From NCBI GenBank assembly GCA_009914755.4, contig CP068257.2:25280001-25344000 (forward strand): a DNA stretch of 64,000 nt. The letters run 5' to 3'. Shown here piece after piece: positions 1-13,169 of this stretch (positions within the stretch are counted from its first letter, which is position 1; every line of letters starts with the position of its first letter). Made by a program: the position numbers and the translations under genes. The notes beneath the pieces are model-generated. The model had not been told where the DNA came from and did no database searches. It saw nothing but the letters and a program-made list of their open reading frames with translations. Source of the stretch: the human T2T-CHM13v2.0 reference genome, Homo sapiens.

Positions 1-2469
1 TTTTCCCTTTGTTCACAATTCGTGGTATCTATTGAACACTCCATTTCTCTGAATTTCAGTTTCCAATCCATATCATCTTCTCCAGGAATTTAGACATACA
101 TTCCTCAGTCAATCTAGTGAGACTCATAAGAAAAAGGTGGAGAAAACTACTTAAAAGCATGGAATAGTGGTTTAATTGCTCTGAGCTCTCTAGGATTGTT
201 TCCATGACAGGTGTAAACCATCACTATTTGAGGGAAACATGAATCATTGATAAACCATATTAAAAATGTATGAGTATAGTAAGAGAAGCAGAGTAGGAGA
301 CAACTACATTTATGCCTCGAGTATTTTTTAATGTTGTTGGGAATATAACCACAAAAAATAAAAATAAATTTTGTCACATTTGAGTTACTTGATTAAAATT
401 ATTTCCAAAATGGAAAAAAGTAACATTAACCTCTCTCCTAATTCTCTTTGCACAGACAAATGGCACTGGGATTATTATTTTTTTTCTCACCTATTTAACT
501 AGGTTTGCTTTCTGCCCTTGGCATTGGGTGATCTCCATCACATATAGGTTATCAGCCTTGTACAGGCCTCATTTCTCAAAGTGATAATTTATTAAGAAAA
601 AAAATTTCTACGTCGAAAGCAAAGTCAGTCTATGAAAATTCAAAGGATAATTATTGGTTTTGTAAAACAATTATTTGTTTTAAAAGCAATTTCTTAAGAA
701 AATACTGAAAACAGCAAGACATCTATTTTCCTGGCCCACTGAAATGATGTAATATAGTGATCAGTTACATAATTCTTTTATATTAAAAACATCTTATAAT
801 AAAAATAAACTCTCATGAGCTTGTAGAACTCAAACAGTGGTTCCCTAAGATCTTCACATGCAAATCTTTAACAATAGGCACATTTGGCAGGATTACTATG
901 AATTTTTATAAAGAAAAATTGGCTTTGCAGTGTTTCACAACAAAAGAAATCCCAATGAAATCAAACAACTTAGATTTTCTAAGTTGTGAGGTTGGTGATG
1001 GGGGGGTGTACATTTTATCATCTAAAAAGATATCTTTAGGTGTGTGCTTATAAAATAATTTCCATGTCTAACTATTCAAACTTACAACCTACTTAAACAG
1101 GCTATGGAAACAAAAACAACAACTTTCTGAAAATCATCACATGTCATCACTCAAACACTTACGGGTACAATCAAGTGCTTTCCAGTTGGGAAAAATATTT
1201 AGTACAATAGGAATATACTTAGATTTTTTAAATTAAGAAATTATTGCCTATGGTGTGGAAACAGTCTTATTAATATTAACCACTTTTTGGCATTAACCAC
1301 ATTAACAATGATAACCACTTCTCAATGTGGCTAACTACCAAGTGATCTTTAATGTTTCTAATAAAATAAGTCAAGAAATACAAAACATTGTAGGTCTTAC
1401 TGAACCCTTGAACAAAACAAATAAGCAAACACAAACGCATTTTAAAGGCTTGCTGGTAGGAGGTATACCAGTGTTGAATGTGTTGGACATGATAGAAAAC
1501 TTGCTGTGTGTTTTGTACGTATATCATACATTGTGAGATATCAGATGAAAGCTCTGGAGAGAGAAAGTAGTTGTGAAAATATAAATTGAAAACACAGTGA
1601 AATACGATTTTTTTCCTTTTAAATTTCCAACACAAGGAAACTAGTTTTTAGACTCTTGAGTATGATCACACACACACACGCAAACCCTACTTCTACATCT
1701 GAAATTATGCATTAATTTGGCTAGCTACCTGAAAAAAATACAGGCAGTCAAAGGTTTTAAGTAAATGAACCCGTGTATGTATTTAAGTGACTAGATACAC
1801 TGAGATCTATTTACTTTTCAAAATTTCTCAGAAGATACTTGCTGTCAAAATGGTTTTTTGACTGAAATTTTATCTCCTGTAGTCAGAAAATATACTACAT
1901 CTTATTAAAACAGCAGCAAGTTCTTAATTTCCAGTAAAATATCCACAGCTCTTTCTGGAAACGGAAGGAAGTTGAAATAGCTGCAGACCTACTTTGGTCA
2001 AACACTTTTTTTATAGAAATATATATGGATATTTTAATAGAACCAGGGGATATAAAGTGACATACCAAGGGAGAATGTATTTACAAACAGTAAGAAGAAG
2101 CTACTGTGTATTATGGGTGAAAATGATTATGATACCATTAAAGACATTCTATCAGAGGTAGGTGACAAGGGGGAGACAGTTCTGCCATCTTCAAATGTCC
2201 CCTGATTTTACATTCATCAGTGTTTCTTGTAATCCCAGGGGATGTTCAATAACTCCCAAGTTTTTCTATATTGCAAGGTCACCACTGTCACGTGAAGCAG
2301 TGCACATCCTCTTTTGGTCACAGAGAGCAGATTCTGCCCATAATTGGACTCCTGTTGACAATGTCACTGAAGCATGACTTTCTGTGCGTTAGGTAGACCT
2401 CCTGTTCACCACGACTGCATCGGTGCTGAATCCTCCAGTTATCTTTGTGCATAAGATCATAACCACAGG
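1..2469 (-). other. ADAMTS5: ADAMTS5 3' UTR (partial; continues beyond position 1)
   Basis: Lies immediately 3' of the TAG stop (2470..2472 on the minus strand). I recall the ADAMTS5 mRNA as having a multi-kb 3' UTR. Only one canonical AATAAA occurs on the minus strand in this interval, at 593..588. Confidence 0.75.
588..593 (-). terminator. Candidate proximal polyadenylation signal AATAAA within the ADAMTS5 3' UTR
   Basis: Plus-strand tttatt at 588..593. It is the only canonical hexamer on the gene strand between the stop codon and the window edge. Confidence 0.3.
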
Positions 2470-3037
2470 CTAACATTTCTTCAACAAGCATTGCTTAAAC
2501 GCAGAAGGCCTTTGGGAGAGAGGACATCCTTTTGCTAACTTCCGGTTTCCATCCTGGCACTGCACCGTTCTGGTGTGCCAACCTGTGTCACAGGTCCTAG
2601 AGCAGGCGAGCCATGGGCCCGTGACCCACTGCGGCTGCGAAGTGTGTGATCCCACTTTATTGCTGCCATGACTAGTGACAGAGTTTACTTTTGGAGTGGA
2701 CTTCTTGGGAACAAAAAAGCTATAACGGACATCTAATGGTTTAGTGGGGTCTGTTGCAAGAATCTGCACTATTAGAATTTCCTTCGTGGCAGAGTAGCCC
2801 ATGCCATGCAGGAAGTCATCCCTGTGGCTCCAACCGCTATAGTTCATGACTGTTCCATTGATGTCAATGATAGTCTCTGAAGTGGAGATCATGTACTTTC
2901 CATTGATAAGGTACTCACCGTTTTTCTTTTTCAGGGCTAAATAGGCAGTGAATCTAGTCTGGTCTTTGGCTTTGAACTGTCGAACTTTTATGTGGGTTGC
3001 CCCTTCAGGAATCCTCACCACGTCAGTGTAACCCTTA
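2470..3037 (-). CDS. ADAMTS5: ADAMTS5 exon 8, coding part: spacer domain plus C-terminal TSP1 repeat, 188 aa and stop
   Basis: Acceptor cctacttccag|T at 3037. Reading frame gives KGYTDVVRIPEGATHIKVRQ...WVTGPWLACSRTCDTGWHTRTVQCQDGNRKLAKGCPLSQRPSAFKQCLLKKC then TAG. The first base T completes the Ser codon AG|T carried over from exon 7. Confidence 0.93.
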
Positions 3038-4470
3038 CTGGAAGTAGGAATGTTCACAGGAAGTGGGGGAAGGTGGTTAAAAAAAGGGAGAAAAAAATGA
3101 GTAAACACTTAACAAATAAATACACAAACAGAAGTTCTCTAAAAAGTCTTCTCTTAACACACAGTTTTAATGGATTAGTTTAAAATTGGGTTTAAAAATT
3201 ATTTTTTATGAGAAAATTGCAATTATACTACAGTATTGTATACACTTTAATTGAGGTGTTCAAAATTAGGATGATGCTAGCAACCTGCCTTCATTTAAAA
3301 CATTTATACTAACTTTCAAGATTTATACAACCATTTTCATCCTTATCAGATCCTATCATCTTTACAAATCTACTTTCCATTCTTTCTGGCACAAAATGGG
3401 ATCTGTTTAAACACAAACTGACAAAAATATGCCTTCACTTAATCTCACATAATTCTTTAATATTTCTCAGATTGCTTCCACATTAGAATCACGTGGGGAT
3501 CTTTTAAATCTTTCAGAGCCTACCCACACCTCAGACCAATTAAATCCCCATCTTCCAGGGTCGGGCACAGTCAAGAGCACTTTTGAAACTTCTCACATTG
3601 TTCCAATGTGCAGACTAACTTGGGAACACAGAATTAATTAGTTTTTGGACTAGAGGTGAGTAGAGTCTCTGCATTCCTTTCTACTAGAATTCTGGATTTG
3701 GTGGGACAGGCCATAAATGAAGCATGCAATTCTGAAATTGGGTAATGATATTACTAATACCATCATAAAAGGGGAATTTTTTTAAATGACTTAGAGAATT
3801 TTTCTGAATTCTTAGTGCCCATAAGATACGATAGATTGAGAAAGGCTTTATGGTGAGTGACATATAAGTCTTCAAAGAGCCATCATCTGGACAAAAAAAT
3901 GGGGAAAGACACAAATATCTTTAATACCCATAAACCTGTGAGGAATGCTAGGATGGAAATGCTAATTAAGCACCAAGGGTGAAATGACGAGTCAACTTTT
4001 GTCCACATTTTTGCCTTTTTAAGTAATTTCATAATAGGGTCCCTTCACTTTCCTAGTTATTTAAACAGGAATACTATTGGCTTGAGCAGTTTGACTGACG
4101 TGTGGAGCTGAACTGTCTCATTTCCAGTTCTCATTCACATGCTAAAGATCCAAGTGTGTTTCCCTTACTCCAGAGTTTCCTCTGAATTGGAAAGGAAGCT
4201 TATCGCCAAGGAAGTCCCCTGTCTGCAGGGCAATCTGTTCTACAGTGACAGCCACACAGGTGGTAAAGCTTCCTACAGTGTTGAAGAGAGATGATGCAAT
4301 GCTCAGGGCGTTCCTTATTCTGTCTAACTCGATTCATTATTTTTATTTTTGTAATACATTACAGATCAGATTTTGTTACAGATGTGTTTTGTAGTACCTA
4401 ATATTAATAAATAATCCATGAAACTATAGTGGCTTCAAAGAAAGTCAAAAGGGATGTTGGAGAATTCCTC

Positions 4471-4680
4471 GAGGTCAGGAGTTTAAGAGCAGCCTGGGAA
4501 ATACAGGGGAGGCCTTGTCTCTACAAAAAGTAAAAGAGTTAGCCAGGGATGGTGGCGCATGCCTATGGTCCTAGCTACTGGCAAGGCTGAAGTGGGAGGA
4601 TCGCTTTAGCCCAGGTCTTGGCTGCAGTGAGTGCACCACTGCACTCCAGCCCGAGTAACAGAATGAGATCCTGTCTAAAC
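4471..4680 (+). mobile_element. Alu, 5'-truncated (right arm), intron 7
   Basis: gaggtcaggagtttaagagcagcctgg...ccagggatggtggcgcatgcctatggtcctagctactggcaaggctgaagtgggaggatcgc...gcactccagcc. Confidence 0.8.
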
Positions 4681-4802
4681 AGAAGGTAGTTGGAGATAAA
4701 TATAACATCTTACACAAAAAGAGTATGAAATGGGGATATATGACAGTATTTGAACAAGTTCACTTTAGAGCTGATTAGTGGCAGTGTTAGGCTTAAAAGC
4801 CA

Positions 4803-5103
4803 GGCTTGGCTGGATGCCGTGGCTCACACCTGTAATCCCAGCACTTTGGGAGACTGAGGCAAGGGGATCACCTGAGGACAGGAGTTCCTGACCAGCCTGG
4901 CAAACATAGGGAAACCCTGTCTGTACTAAAAATACAAAAAGTAGCTGGGCATGGTGGCCCGTGCCTCTAATCCCAGCTATGCTGGAGGCTGAGGCAGGAG
5001 AATCGCTTGAACCTGGGAGGCAGAGGTTGCAGTGAGCCAAGATGGTGTTATTCCAGCCTGGGCAACAGAGTGAGACCCTGTCTTAAAAAAAAAAAAAAAA
5101 AAA
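4803..5103 (+). mobile_element. Alu, full length with A23 tail, intron 7
   Basis: ggctggatgccgtggctcacacctgtaatcccagcactttgggag...ccagcctgggcaacagagtgagaccctgtctt(a)n. Confidence 0.9.
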
Positions 5104-7004
5104 GCCAGGCTCTTGACTCCCAATTAGCGCTCTTTTTCACTATGTCCCCAGGCATAAAATCCTGACCCCTGCCAGCCATATGTTATAGCAGTTAAATGAA
5201 ATTAAATTCTGGTTATGTGCAGAGTTTAAATGATGCCCAGTAAGGAGTAAGTAAAATAAAGAATAAAGGGTAAGGGAAGCTTTTTTGGGTGTTTACCCTT
5301 GTTCCTTAGAGCTTATCTCATCTTGATGAGAATTAGTATGATGGTCAGTATTGCTGCAGGTCTTCAAACTGAGTTTCACAAGCACTAGTAAACCTGAGTA
5401 TTAGTGCCCTGATTTTTTAGTGCCTTAGTAAGAGATGATTCTCTTGATATTCCTGATTCCTTTTCTTTACATCCTGCTTGGTATCATTTAAACTCCAGAC
5501 ACTAACCAGCTTTCCCGACTACCATAAGTGAATGCAATTTTCATACAACTCTTACAAAGTATGGCTGGCAGGGCAAAGGAATCTTGTTTTGTTCAGGGCT
5601 ATCTGCACAGTGCCAAGGACAATGTCTGTCATGAAAAAATATATTCATTTATATTCAAGCATGCTCTCAGGGAAGGGATGTTTTAGTCCGCTCCCAGCAA
5701 ACAAAATATGTGGTGATATCAATTGATAAGAGCTGTGAAGAAACGGAGTAAGGTAAGAAGTTGCACAGTAGTGGTGGGAGTGGAGGAGATGTCCTCTTGT
5801 ACATTTACGGTAGCCTCCATCTGGGGAGGTGATATTTGACAGAGACCTAAAGAGATTCTGGAAAGTGTACTGCTCATTAATAGCAGAAAGTGTTCCAGGC
5901 AGAGGAAACAGCATTCTCATACCTGGTGTCATGTTTTTGAAGTGCAAGAAAGTGCATTCTGGTCAGAGCAGAGCATGAGAAAGGGACAGTGTAGAAAAGA
6001 CATAGAGGAGGGAAGGGGCCAGATCTTTTAGCACCTTAGAGATTACAAAACAGTCTTGGGTATTGAGTCTAAGTAAGATGGAAGCCACTGGAGGCTACTG
6101 ATCAAAGGAATGCAATGATCTGGTTTAGGTAATAGCCATGGCTTCCCTTGCTTGGTAAGATGAGATTGAGGAGCAAAGGATCCAGAGGTCAGCGAGAAGA
6201 CTGCAGTGTTAGTCCAGGCAAGATCTGATGAACACTTGGATTGCGGTGGGAGCGGTCACGGTGGTGAGGGGCACCCAGATTCTGGAGATGTGGTGGAAAT
6301 AGAACTGACAGGATCTGCTGATGGATGGATGTGGGGTGTGAGAGAAAATGAGACGTGAACCATGCCTCCAAAGTTTTGGCCTCAATAGTAGAAAGACTGA
6401 GTTGCCATTTACTGAGATGAGGAAAACTGAGGGAGGAGCGAGTTAAGATTAGGGTCATATTGTGAATGGGCTTAAAATTGATGAAATATTTTAATATGTA
6501 TTACCTCATTTCACCTTCACAACAGTTTTATTAACCATATGATAATAATTACCAGTATTTCCACTTTACTTTTGAGAAATCTCCTGGTAAAGAAATTAGG
6601 TGACAATTCAAAGATCACATGTCTAAGGAATCATTGAGCCAAAGCTTGATTACAAATATTGCAGTATGAGATCAATGTTCTTTTTCATAAATCATATAAA
6701 TTACTATGGCCTCCCTAGGTAATTAATTTGAACTACTCAAACATGTCATTTGTACCATAGTAGAATCTTGGTCAAACCAATTTTCAGGTGGTTACATTGC
6801 ATACCACTTGTTGCTATAATGAATTTCTTCTTTTTCATGTGAAAAAATGTGCAGATATTAGTTGTCAGCACAAAAATACTTAAAATGCTAAATTTAGCAA
6901 TTTTAAAACTGGTTTATAACTTTATATAGAAGAGAATATGTACCATAAAGTGTATAAGGTATTACTTTTTAAAAGTAGTTTTGTTTCTAATTTGATTCCT
7001 GAAT

Positions 7005-7165
7005 TCCCTCTCTCCCTCCTTTCCTTTTTCTTTCCTTCCTTCCTCTTTCTTTCTTTCTCTTTCCTTTGTCTTTCTTTCTCTTTCTTTCTTTCTTTTTCTT
7101 TCTTTCTCTCTCTCTCTTTCTTTCTTTCTCTCTTTCTTCTATCTCTCTTTCTTCTTTTTTTTTTC
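7005..7165. repeat. Polypyrimidine (CTTT/CTTTC/CT)n mirror-repeat tract, about 160 bp, intron 7
   Basis: ccctctctccctcctttcctttttctttccttccttcctctttctttctttctctttcctttgtctttctttctctttctttctttc...ctctctctctttctttc...ttcttttttttttc. Pure pyrimidine on the plus strand. Confidence 0.95.
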
Positions 7166-8298
7166 AAAGTGACCTGTGTATTCTAGGATTTCAGTTATGG
7201 TGTCTGCTCTTCTCTGGCATTCATCAGCCATGGATAATTGGCTAACTCCTATATTTTCAGAGTCCAACTCATTTTTAAAACAGAAGGTTGGACTGATCAT
7301 CTCCAAGGTGTTTTATACCTTTGAAACATATAAAAATGCAGGATATAATTGGGCATGCAGGGTTTTTGACATAGATGGTCTAACACAATTAGGTGAATAA
7401 TTATTTCATTAGCAAATAGAATTAGTAACGCATATTTTAACTCAGAATAAATTTTTCAGCCATATATTTTCAAATCACATCAGAGAAAATTTATAGTTTT
7501 TTACATTAACATGTTTAATTATTTTAATAAATCCTATTGTTAATTTCGTTTGCATATTACTCTCAAGTTACAGACAACACAGCACGTACATCAAGAATAC
7601 AGATACATTTGACTAATAACACTCAGCCTAAGAGTGGTTTGGGAAGAAAAGCAAGCCTGTATTTTACCAGACTCTAGTCAACTCAGTCATCCTACCTGAT
7701 AGCATATTTTATGCCGGAAATTGGTACTTCATAAACTTGAATATTTAAAGCAAAAATCTAGGACCATAAGAGGAAGCAGGAGAGAGACACTGCTGTATAT
7801 ATTTCTTTAGAGAGTAGATATAAACCAGGATACTTCACTGTTGCCCACACCATTGCAATGAACTTACATTTTGCAAGGGGAAATATTTTCTTAAGGAAAA
7901 CACAGTGTAAGGATAATTTGTTTTTAAAAATATAGTTAAGATCAAAACCAACCAACCTTCCCTAAATTATGTTTTAGGAATAACACTAGATCTGCAAGAT
8001 ATCACTAAAGTGGAATGTCCCCCACTTTTTCTTTTCAGTTTTCTGACTCTACAAGCTATTGATTCCCATGGCTACTGCAGTTTATCTGCTTCCAGAGGCG
8101 GCATGAGTTTTCCCTGAGCAACCAGAGTTTTATTCATCTCCTGTCTCTTCCTTCTCATATTTAAAATGTGTTTCTAGAGCCACGTTAGACCTCCTCATAC
8201 AGATAGCTTATGATGTAATATGAATCCTCCTTTATCAATTTTGCAAGAGTCTAAAGCTTTGTTCAATTCACATAAAGACAAAGGTTCTATCATATTAC

Positions 8299-8474
8299 CT
8301 TTTCTTATTAAAGGTTCCAACAATCTTTGTACAGCTGGAGTTGTCTCCTCCACATACTCCGCACTTGTCATACTGCAGCTTTGAGCCAATGATGCCGTCA
8401 CAGCCAGTTCTCACACACTTCCCCCGGACGCAGACGGAATTACTGTACGGCCTACATTCAGTGCCATCGGTCAC
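8299..8474 (-). CDS. ADAMTS5: ADAMTS5 exon 7 (Cys-rich domain, 176 nt)
   Basis: Acceptor gattcag|GTG at 8474 and donor AAGAAAAG|gtaata at 8299. Encodes [58 protein letters not shown]. Confidence 0.93.
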
Positions 8475-9099
8475 CTGAATCATGGCAAATGCATTAGGAG
8501 TGGGAAATGTTTGCATCAGTATTTGCTCCTTTGGTCAACTAGTAAGTTCTCATTTGTGATTTTTTGAGTTTGATTGGTATGGACAGTCCATTGAAAAAAA
8601 AAAAAAGCCAAAAAAACATAGTTTCCAGAAGTAGCTAACTGAAAAATCCTTGGCATATTGCCAGAAAGCAGATTTTGGATAAGCCTAGGTTACACATTTT
8701 CTCTCTTAACCTTACCTCTGAATGTGTTAAGAGACACAAGGTACTCATCTTCGTTTTTGTATGCATAATACATTCTCACTAGAAGTAATCTTTTCACTTA
8801 GTGTTTCAGACTATCATTTGTGTGCAGAACTGAATATGAGCAGGCTTGAGAATGCAAAGATCCTTCTTTGTTGCATAGTTGTTATTATAATGACAAATTT
8901 GAAAATCTAAACTTGACATTCAAAACTGTGTCATGGTTGGAGAGCATTCCCTATTGTGTGTTGAACTGTCAGACACTGAAATCGACACAACCAAATTAGT
9001 ACAGAAAAAGGAGTCTGGGGAAGTTAGATGAACGGACTTACTGGAAGAGACTGAATATATTTTGAATAAACGGATTAGTGTATAGTTTAAAAGCTAGTT

Positions 9100-9265
9100 A
9101 TAAAACAGTGTGTATATAGATTGTGGCTTGTGCATGTGAGTATATGTAATATATATACACTCATATATATAAATAAGCCTGTAAATTTTATATTTATGTA
9201 TATAGAAAACTCTTTTTATGCATGTGTATGAGTATGTTGTGAATGCGTGTGTGTGTGAGTTGAAG
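9100..9265. repeat. TA/TG-rich low-complexity segment, intron 6
   Basis: gtgtatatagattg...tatgtaatatatatacactcatatatataaataagc...tatatttatgtatatag...tgcgtgtgtgtgtgag. Confidence 0.5.
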
Positions 9266-9449
9266 TAGAATATACTTTATCAGGTTAATAGCTCTGTAGA
9301 TGGTGGTATTTTCAGGTGATTTTTATGTTTTTACTTCTGTGTAATATTTTTGAATGAAAATGCATTATTTTCTAATAAAAACATGAGCTTTAAAAAATTT
9401 CATAAATTGACATTAGCTTGTTTTTCAATAACATATTATAAATATCTGA

Positions 9450-9758
<309 letters not shown>

Positions 9759-10417
9759 ATAGGTGATTTTAAATGTAGCAACTGTTTACAAATTTGTAAA
9801 TTGCTGTATAACACTGACCATAAGAATAAAACTCTGCTATAGATTTAGAAAATGCTCACTTGTGAAAAATAAGGCATGTTCCATACACAAATATTATACA
9901 CATACACAAGGATTATAACATATATAACTAGAGGGACATTGATTCATATTAAGGGTTCTTGACTTATTCAAAAGCCTGAGTCAGAGGTATATGATCTTGA
10001 AACCCATCTCCACGGCTCATCAAAGGAATTCTTAAGTAAATCATAGAAAAATAGAAAAAGTTTTCTTGCTTTATGGTCTCCTTTACAATGCTGCTTAGGA
10101 AATACTAGTTGTTTTCATGGTTACTTTAAAGTTAAGGTCACACTTTGCCTTCCTTGACAGTGAGTTACACCTTTTACAGTGAGTTACACCTTTTAAATAT
10201 AGCTTTTAAAACATTTACTTGTTCTGTTTATAAAATAATTTTTATTCATTGTGTAAAGTTTGAAAATATAGAAGTTATAGAGATGAAAATAAAAACCTTC
10301 CAAAATCTAACTGACCCCAAACTAATAACTGTTTACGTCTGGCGTCCGCAGGCTTCATTCTACCAAATAATTTCCACCAGTACGCCTACTGCTTCTGGAC
10401 AGTTGGTGTGTAGTTAC

Positions 10418-10593
10418 CTTTGGAGAAAATACCACATAGTAGCCAGTGCCCTTGGCTCTGCAGGTCAGCTTGCACACATCCGCTGGCAGGACACCTGCAT
10501 ATTTGGGAACCCATTCCACAAAAGTTTTGACTCCTTTTGCATCAGACTGATAGCCATTTTTGGCCTCACACTGTTCATGACGAAATGATTTAC
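10418..10593 (-). CDS. ADAMTS5: ADAMTS5 exon 6 (Cys-rich domain, 176 nt)
   Basis: Acceptor tttctag|GTAAA at 10593 and donor CCAAAG|gtaact at 10418. Encodes (G)KSFRHEQCEAKNGYQSDAKGVKTFVEWVPKYAGVLPADVCKLTCRAKGTGYYVVFSPK. Confidence 0.93.
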
Positions 10594-10825
10594 CTAGAAA
10601 ACAAACATGTTTCAGTATTACCTTATCAGTTCTGAAACTTAGATATATTCTTGTGGGTTTAAATAGTTAATTTTAAGGGGAAGATGCAAACGTGTTTTTT
10701 TTATCCCACAGTCTCTTTACTCACCAATGCTGATGGATTTTATCTATACATAGAGTTCAAAATGGTGATTATTTATTCCAATTCTCTGAATATTGCTTAT
10801 AATAAAACTTAAAAATCACATATGT

Positions 10826-11126
10826 GGCTGGGCGTGGTGCCTCATGCCTGTAATCCCAGCACTTTAGGGGGCCGAGGAGGGTGGATCACAAGGTCAGGAG
10901 TGTGAGACCAGTCTGGCCAACATAGTGAAACCGCGTCTCTACTAAAAATAAAAAATAAAGAAAAAATAACCAAGTGTGGTGGTGTGCACCTGTAATCCCG
11001 GCTACTCAGGAAGCTGAGGCAGGAGAATCATGTGAACCCAGGAGGTGGAGATTGCAGTGAGCCAAGATTGTGCCATTGCACTCCAGCCTGGACAACAGTG
11101 TGAGACTCCATCTCAAAAAAAAAAAC
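10826..11126 (+). mobile_element. Alu, full length, intron 5 (antisense relative to the ADAMTS5 transcript)
   Basis: ggctgggcgtggtgcctcatgcctgtaatcccagcactttaggg...ctccagcctggacaacagtgtgagactccatctc(a)n. Confidence 0.9.
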
Positions 11127-11280
11127 AAACAAACACATAGGTGTTTGTTATTGATCTGCATATTGGTGGAACTGTGCAGTATAAGATTAATATTATTTCC
11201 CCAGCTTCCCTTATTCATTATTGCTAGAATACAAATGACATGTAGCATATGATGGTTGCTGACACTTGGGAGCAGCGTAC

Positions 11281-11464
11281 CATTGGGTGGGCAGGGCATG
11301 AGACTGCAGGAGCGGTAGATGGCCCTCTTCCCTGTGCAGTAGCGTCCGTTGTTTCTGGGAGCAGGGTTATTACAGTGACGATAGGCAAACTGCACTCCTC
11401 CTCCACATGAGCGAGAACACTGGCCCCAGGATCCCCAAGATCCCCAGTTGCCATGGCTTGACGT
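11281..11464 (-). CDS. ADAMTS5: ADAMTS5 exon 5 (central TSP1 repeat, 184 nt)
   Basis: Acceptor tctctatttcag|ACG at 11464 and donor CCCAATG|gtacgc at 11281. Encodes [61 protein letters not shown](G). Confidence 0.93.
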
Positions 11465-12885
11465 CTGAAATAGAGAATAGAATATATTTTAACTCCAATG
11501 AGAGAAAAACATTGAAAGTGTGCATTTGGAAATCACCTGCATTTAATGACAAAGTGGAAACTTTGTCACAGATACAGTTATATTTTCACTGAATTTAACA
11601 TGATCATGCTTTGGAAATGCAACACATTTCCAGTGCTAAGCAATTCATCTTTTCCACCCTCCCAACTCCAGCACTAGAAGATCTGAAAGCATCATCCTAA
11701 GTACTGAGCACACCACAAAGATTATCACCTTTTGGTTTCTACGGACCGTTGTAAATTATGTCTTCTAATATGGTCCATCTCTGTTAATATCACTGAACCA
11801 TGGTAACTTTTTGTCCACTCTGATGTTGGATCTTTATTGAAACGTATAATGCTGAAGGATCTGCATGGCACTGGGCATTATTTAATTGTGTTTGCATCTC
11901 TTCAGCAGTAAAACTCTGCAGTCCCTTTGTTGACATCCCACATCCTGTCTGTGACTGACTCCATGACGTTCATAAATGTACCGGACCCAACTTGGCTTAA
12001 TTCCTAATTAGATGTGACAGATACTGAAATGCACTCACGCCATACATGCAGACACACCCCTTAGGGAAGGAAGAGCCCTTTTATGGCAACCTAAGTCTGT
12101 TTCTCTGGAAACATTCCTGGAGGGAGCTTAGAGATTCTGAAAGGAAGAATATGATCAGCTGCTTTGCTGAGGGAATCTGTGAATTGCCTCTGGCTGACTG
12201 TGTCAGGTTATCTGATGATGAATGGTTGGGTGATGCCCTGGAAAGATACAGGCAATGGGCACAGGATAATTCTCTTCTAGGGACTTTGCAAATCTTGTGG
12301 GTTGAGAGCGAGCACTTATTTTACTTAGGCCTCGAAAATTAATAGGGCAGTTGCTGACCTGAAGCTGGACTGTGTATATAGTGGCAGACGTGTTTCCCCG
12401 GAGCAGTCATAAGTTACTTTAGCTCCTAAATTTAGATTAACTTATTGTCAAGGGGAAAAAAGTGACCATTTGGAGCTCACCAAATATGTACAAGCACCAC
12501 ATGTATCGGCTCTGCTATTACCTCCTTACTGAATTTAAATACTTATATTCTGATAACTTTAGCAAGAGAAGCTTGAAAGTAAACTTCCCAAAAGCAATTA
12601 ATAGGGTCCTACCTGAGGTCTCAATTAGACAGAATCTGAGTTACATAAGTATTTGTTAAAAGATGTAAACTGCAAGTAAATTCCCAGTATCTGCATTTTC
12701 CCCAGTAAATCTCGGATCACTGAGAATGGCTACTGCGGGTAAAAGAAGAAGCTCTAAATAAACCTCAAAATGAAAAGTTTTTAAATTAGAAAATAAAGCC
12801 TTCTGAGAACAGTGCCCATACCCATCACAAGAATGCACTTCACTTCTTGGGCCTCCAGGCATTGACTGATGAGAAAATCACTTAC

Positions 12886-13169
12886 TGAATAATATTTTTT
12901 CTTGGTTTTGTCCACACATTTGCCCTGCAGGCAGATTCTCCCCTTTCCACAAGGCGTCCCTTCCACCGCAGGCAGCTTCTTGGTCAGACAGACCATCTGG
13001 CCCTGGCGTACCACAGCACACCACAGGCGAGCACAGACATCCATGCCGGGACACACGGAGTACTCAGGCCCGAATGTCAGGTTGCACTGCTGGGTGGCAT
13101 CGTAGGTCTGTCCTGGGAGTTCTTCGGGGCCCAGGATCTGCTTTCGTGGTAGGTCCAGCAAACAGTTAC
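12886..13169 (-). CDS. ADAMTS5: ADAMTS5 exon 4 (disintegrin-like domain, 284 nt)
   Basis: Acceptor cttgtag|GTAAC at 13169 and donor TATTATTCA|gtaagt at 12886. Encodes (G)NCLLDLPRKQILGPEELPGQTYDATQQCNLTFGPEYSVCPGMDVCARLWCAVVRQGQMVCLTKKLPAVEGTPCGKGRICLQGKCVDKTKKKYYS. Confidence 0.93.

Noticed and set aside
6922-7186. ORFs encoding KKKRRKRDRRKRERKK... and FLSFSFLCLSF...
   Set aside because: Translations of the (CTTT)n polypyrimidine tract. No start context, and intronic.
12046-12342. 98-aa plus-strand ORF in repeat-free DNA of intron 4.
   Set aside because: No recognisable domain, no splice or promoter context, opposite strand inside a short intron. The length is within chance expectation. It could still be conserved non-coding sequence, but nothing in the sequence supports a gene.
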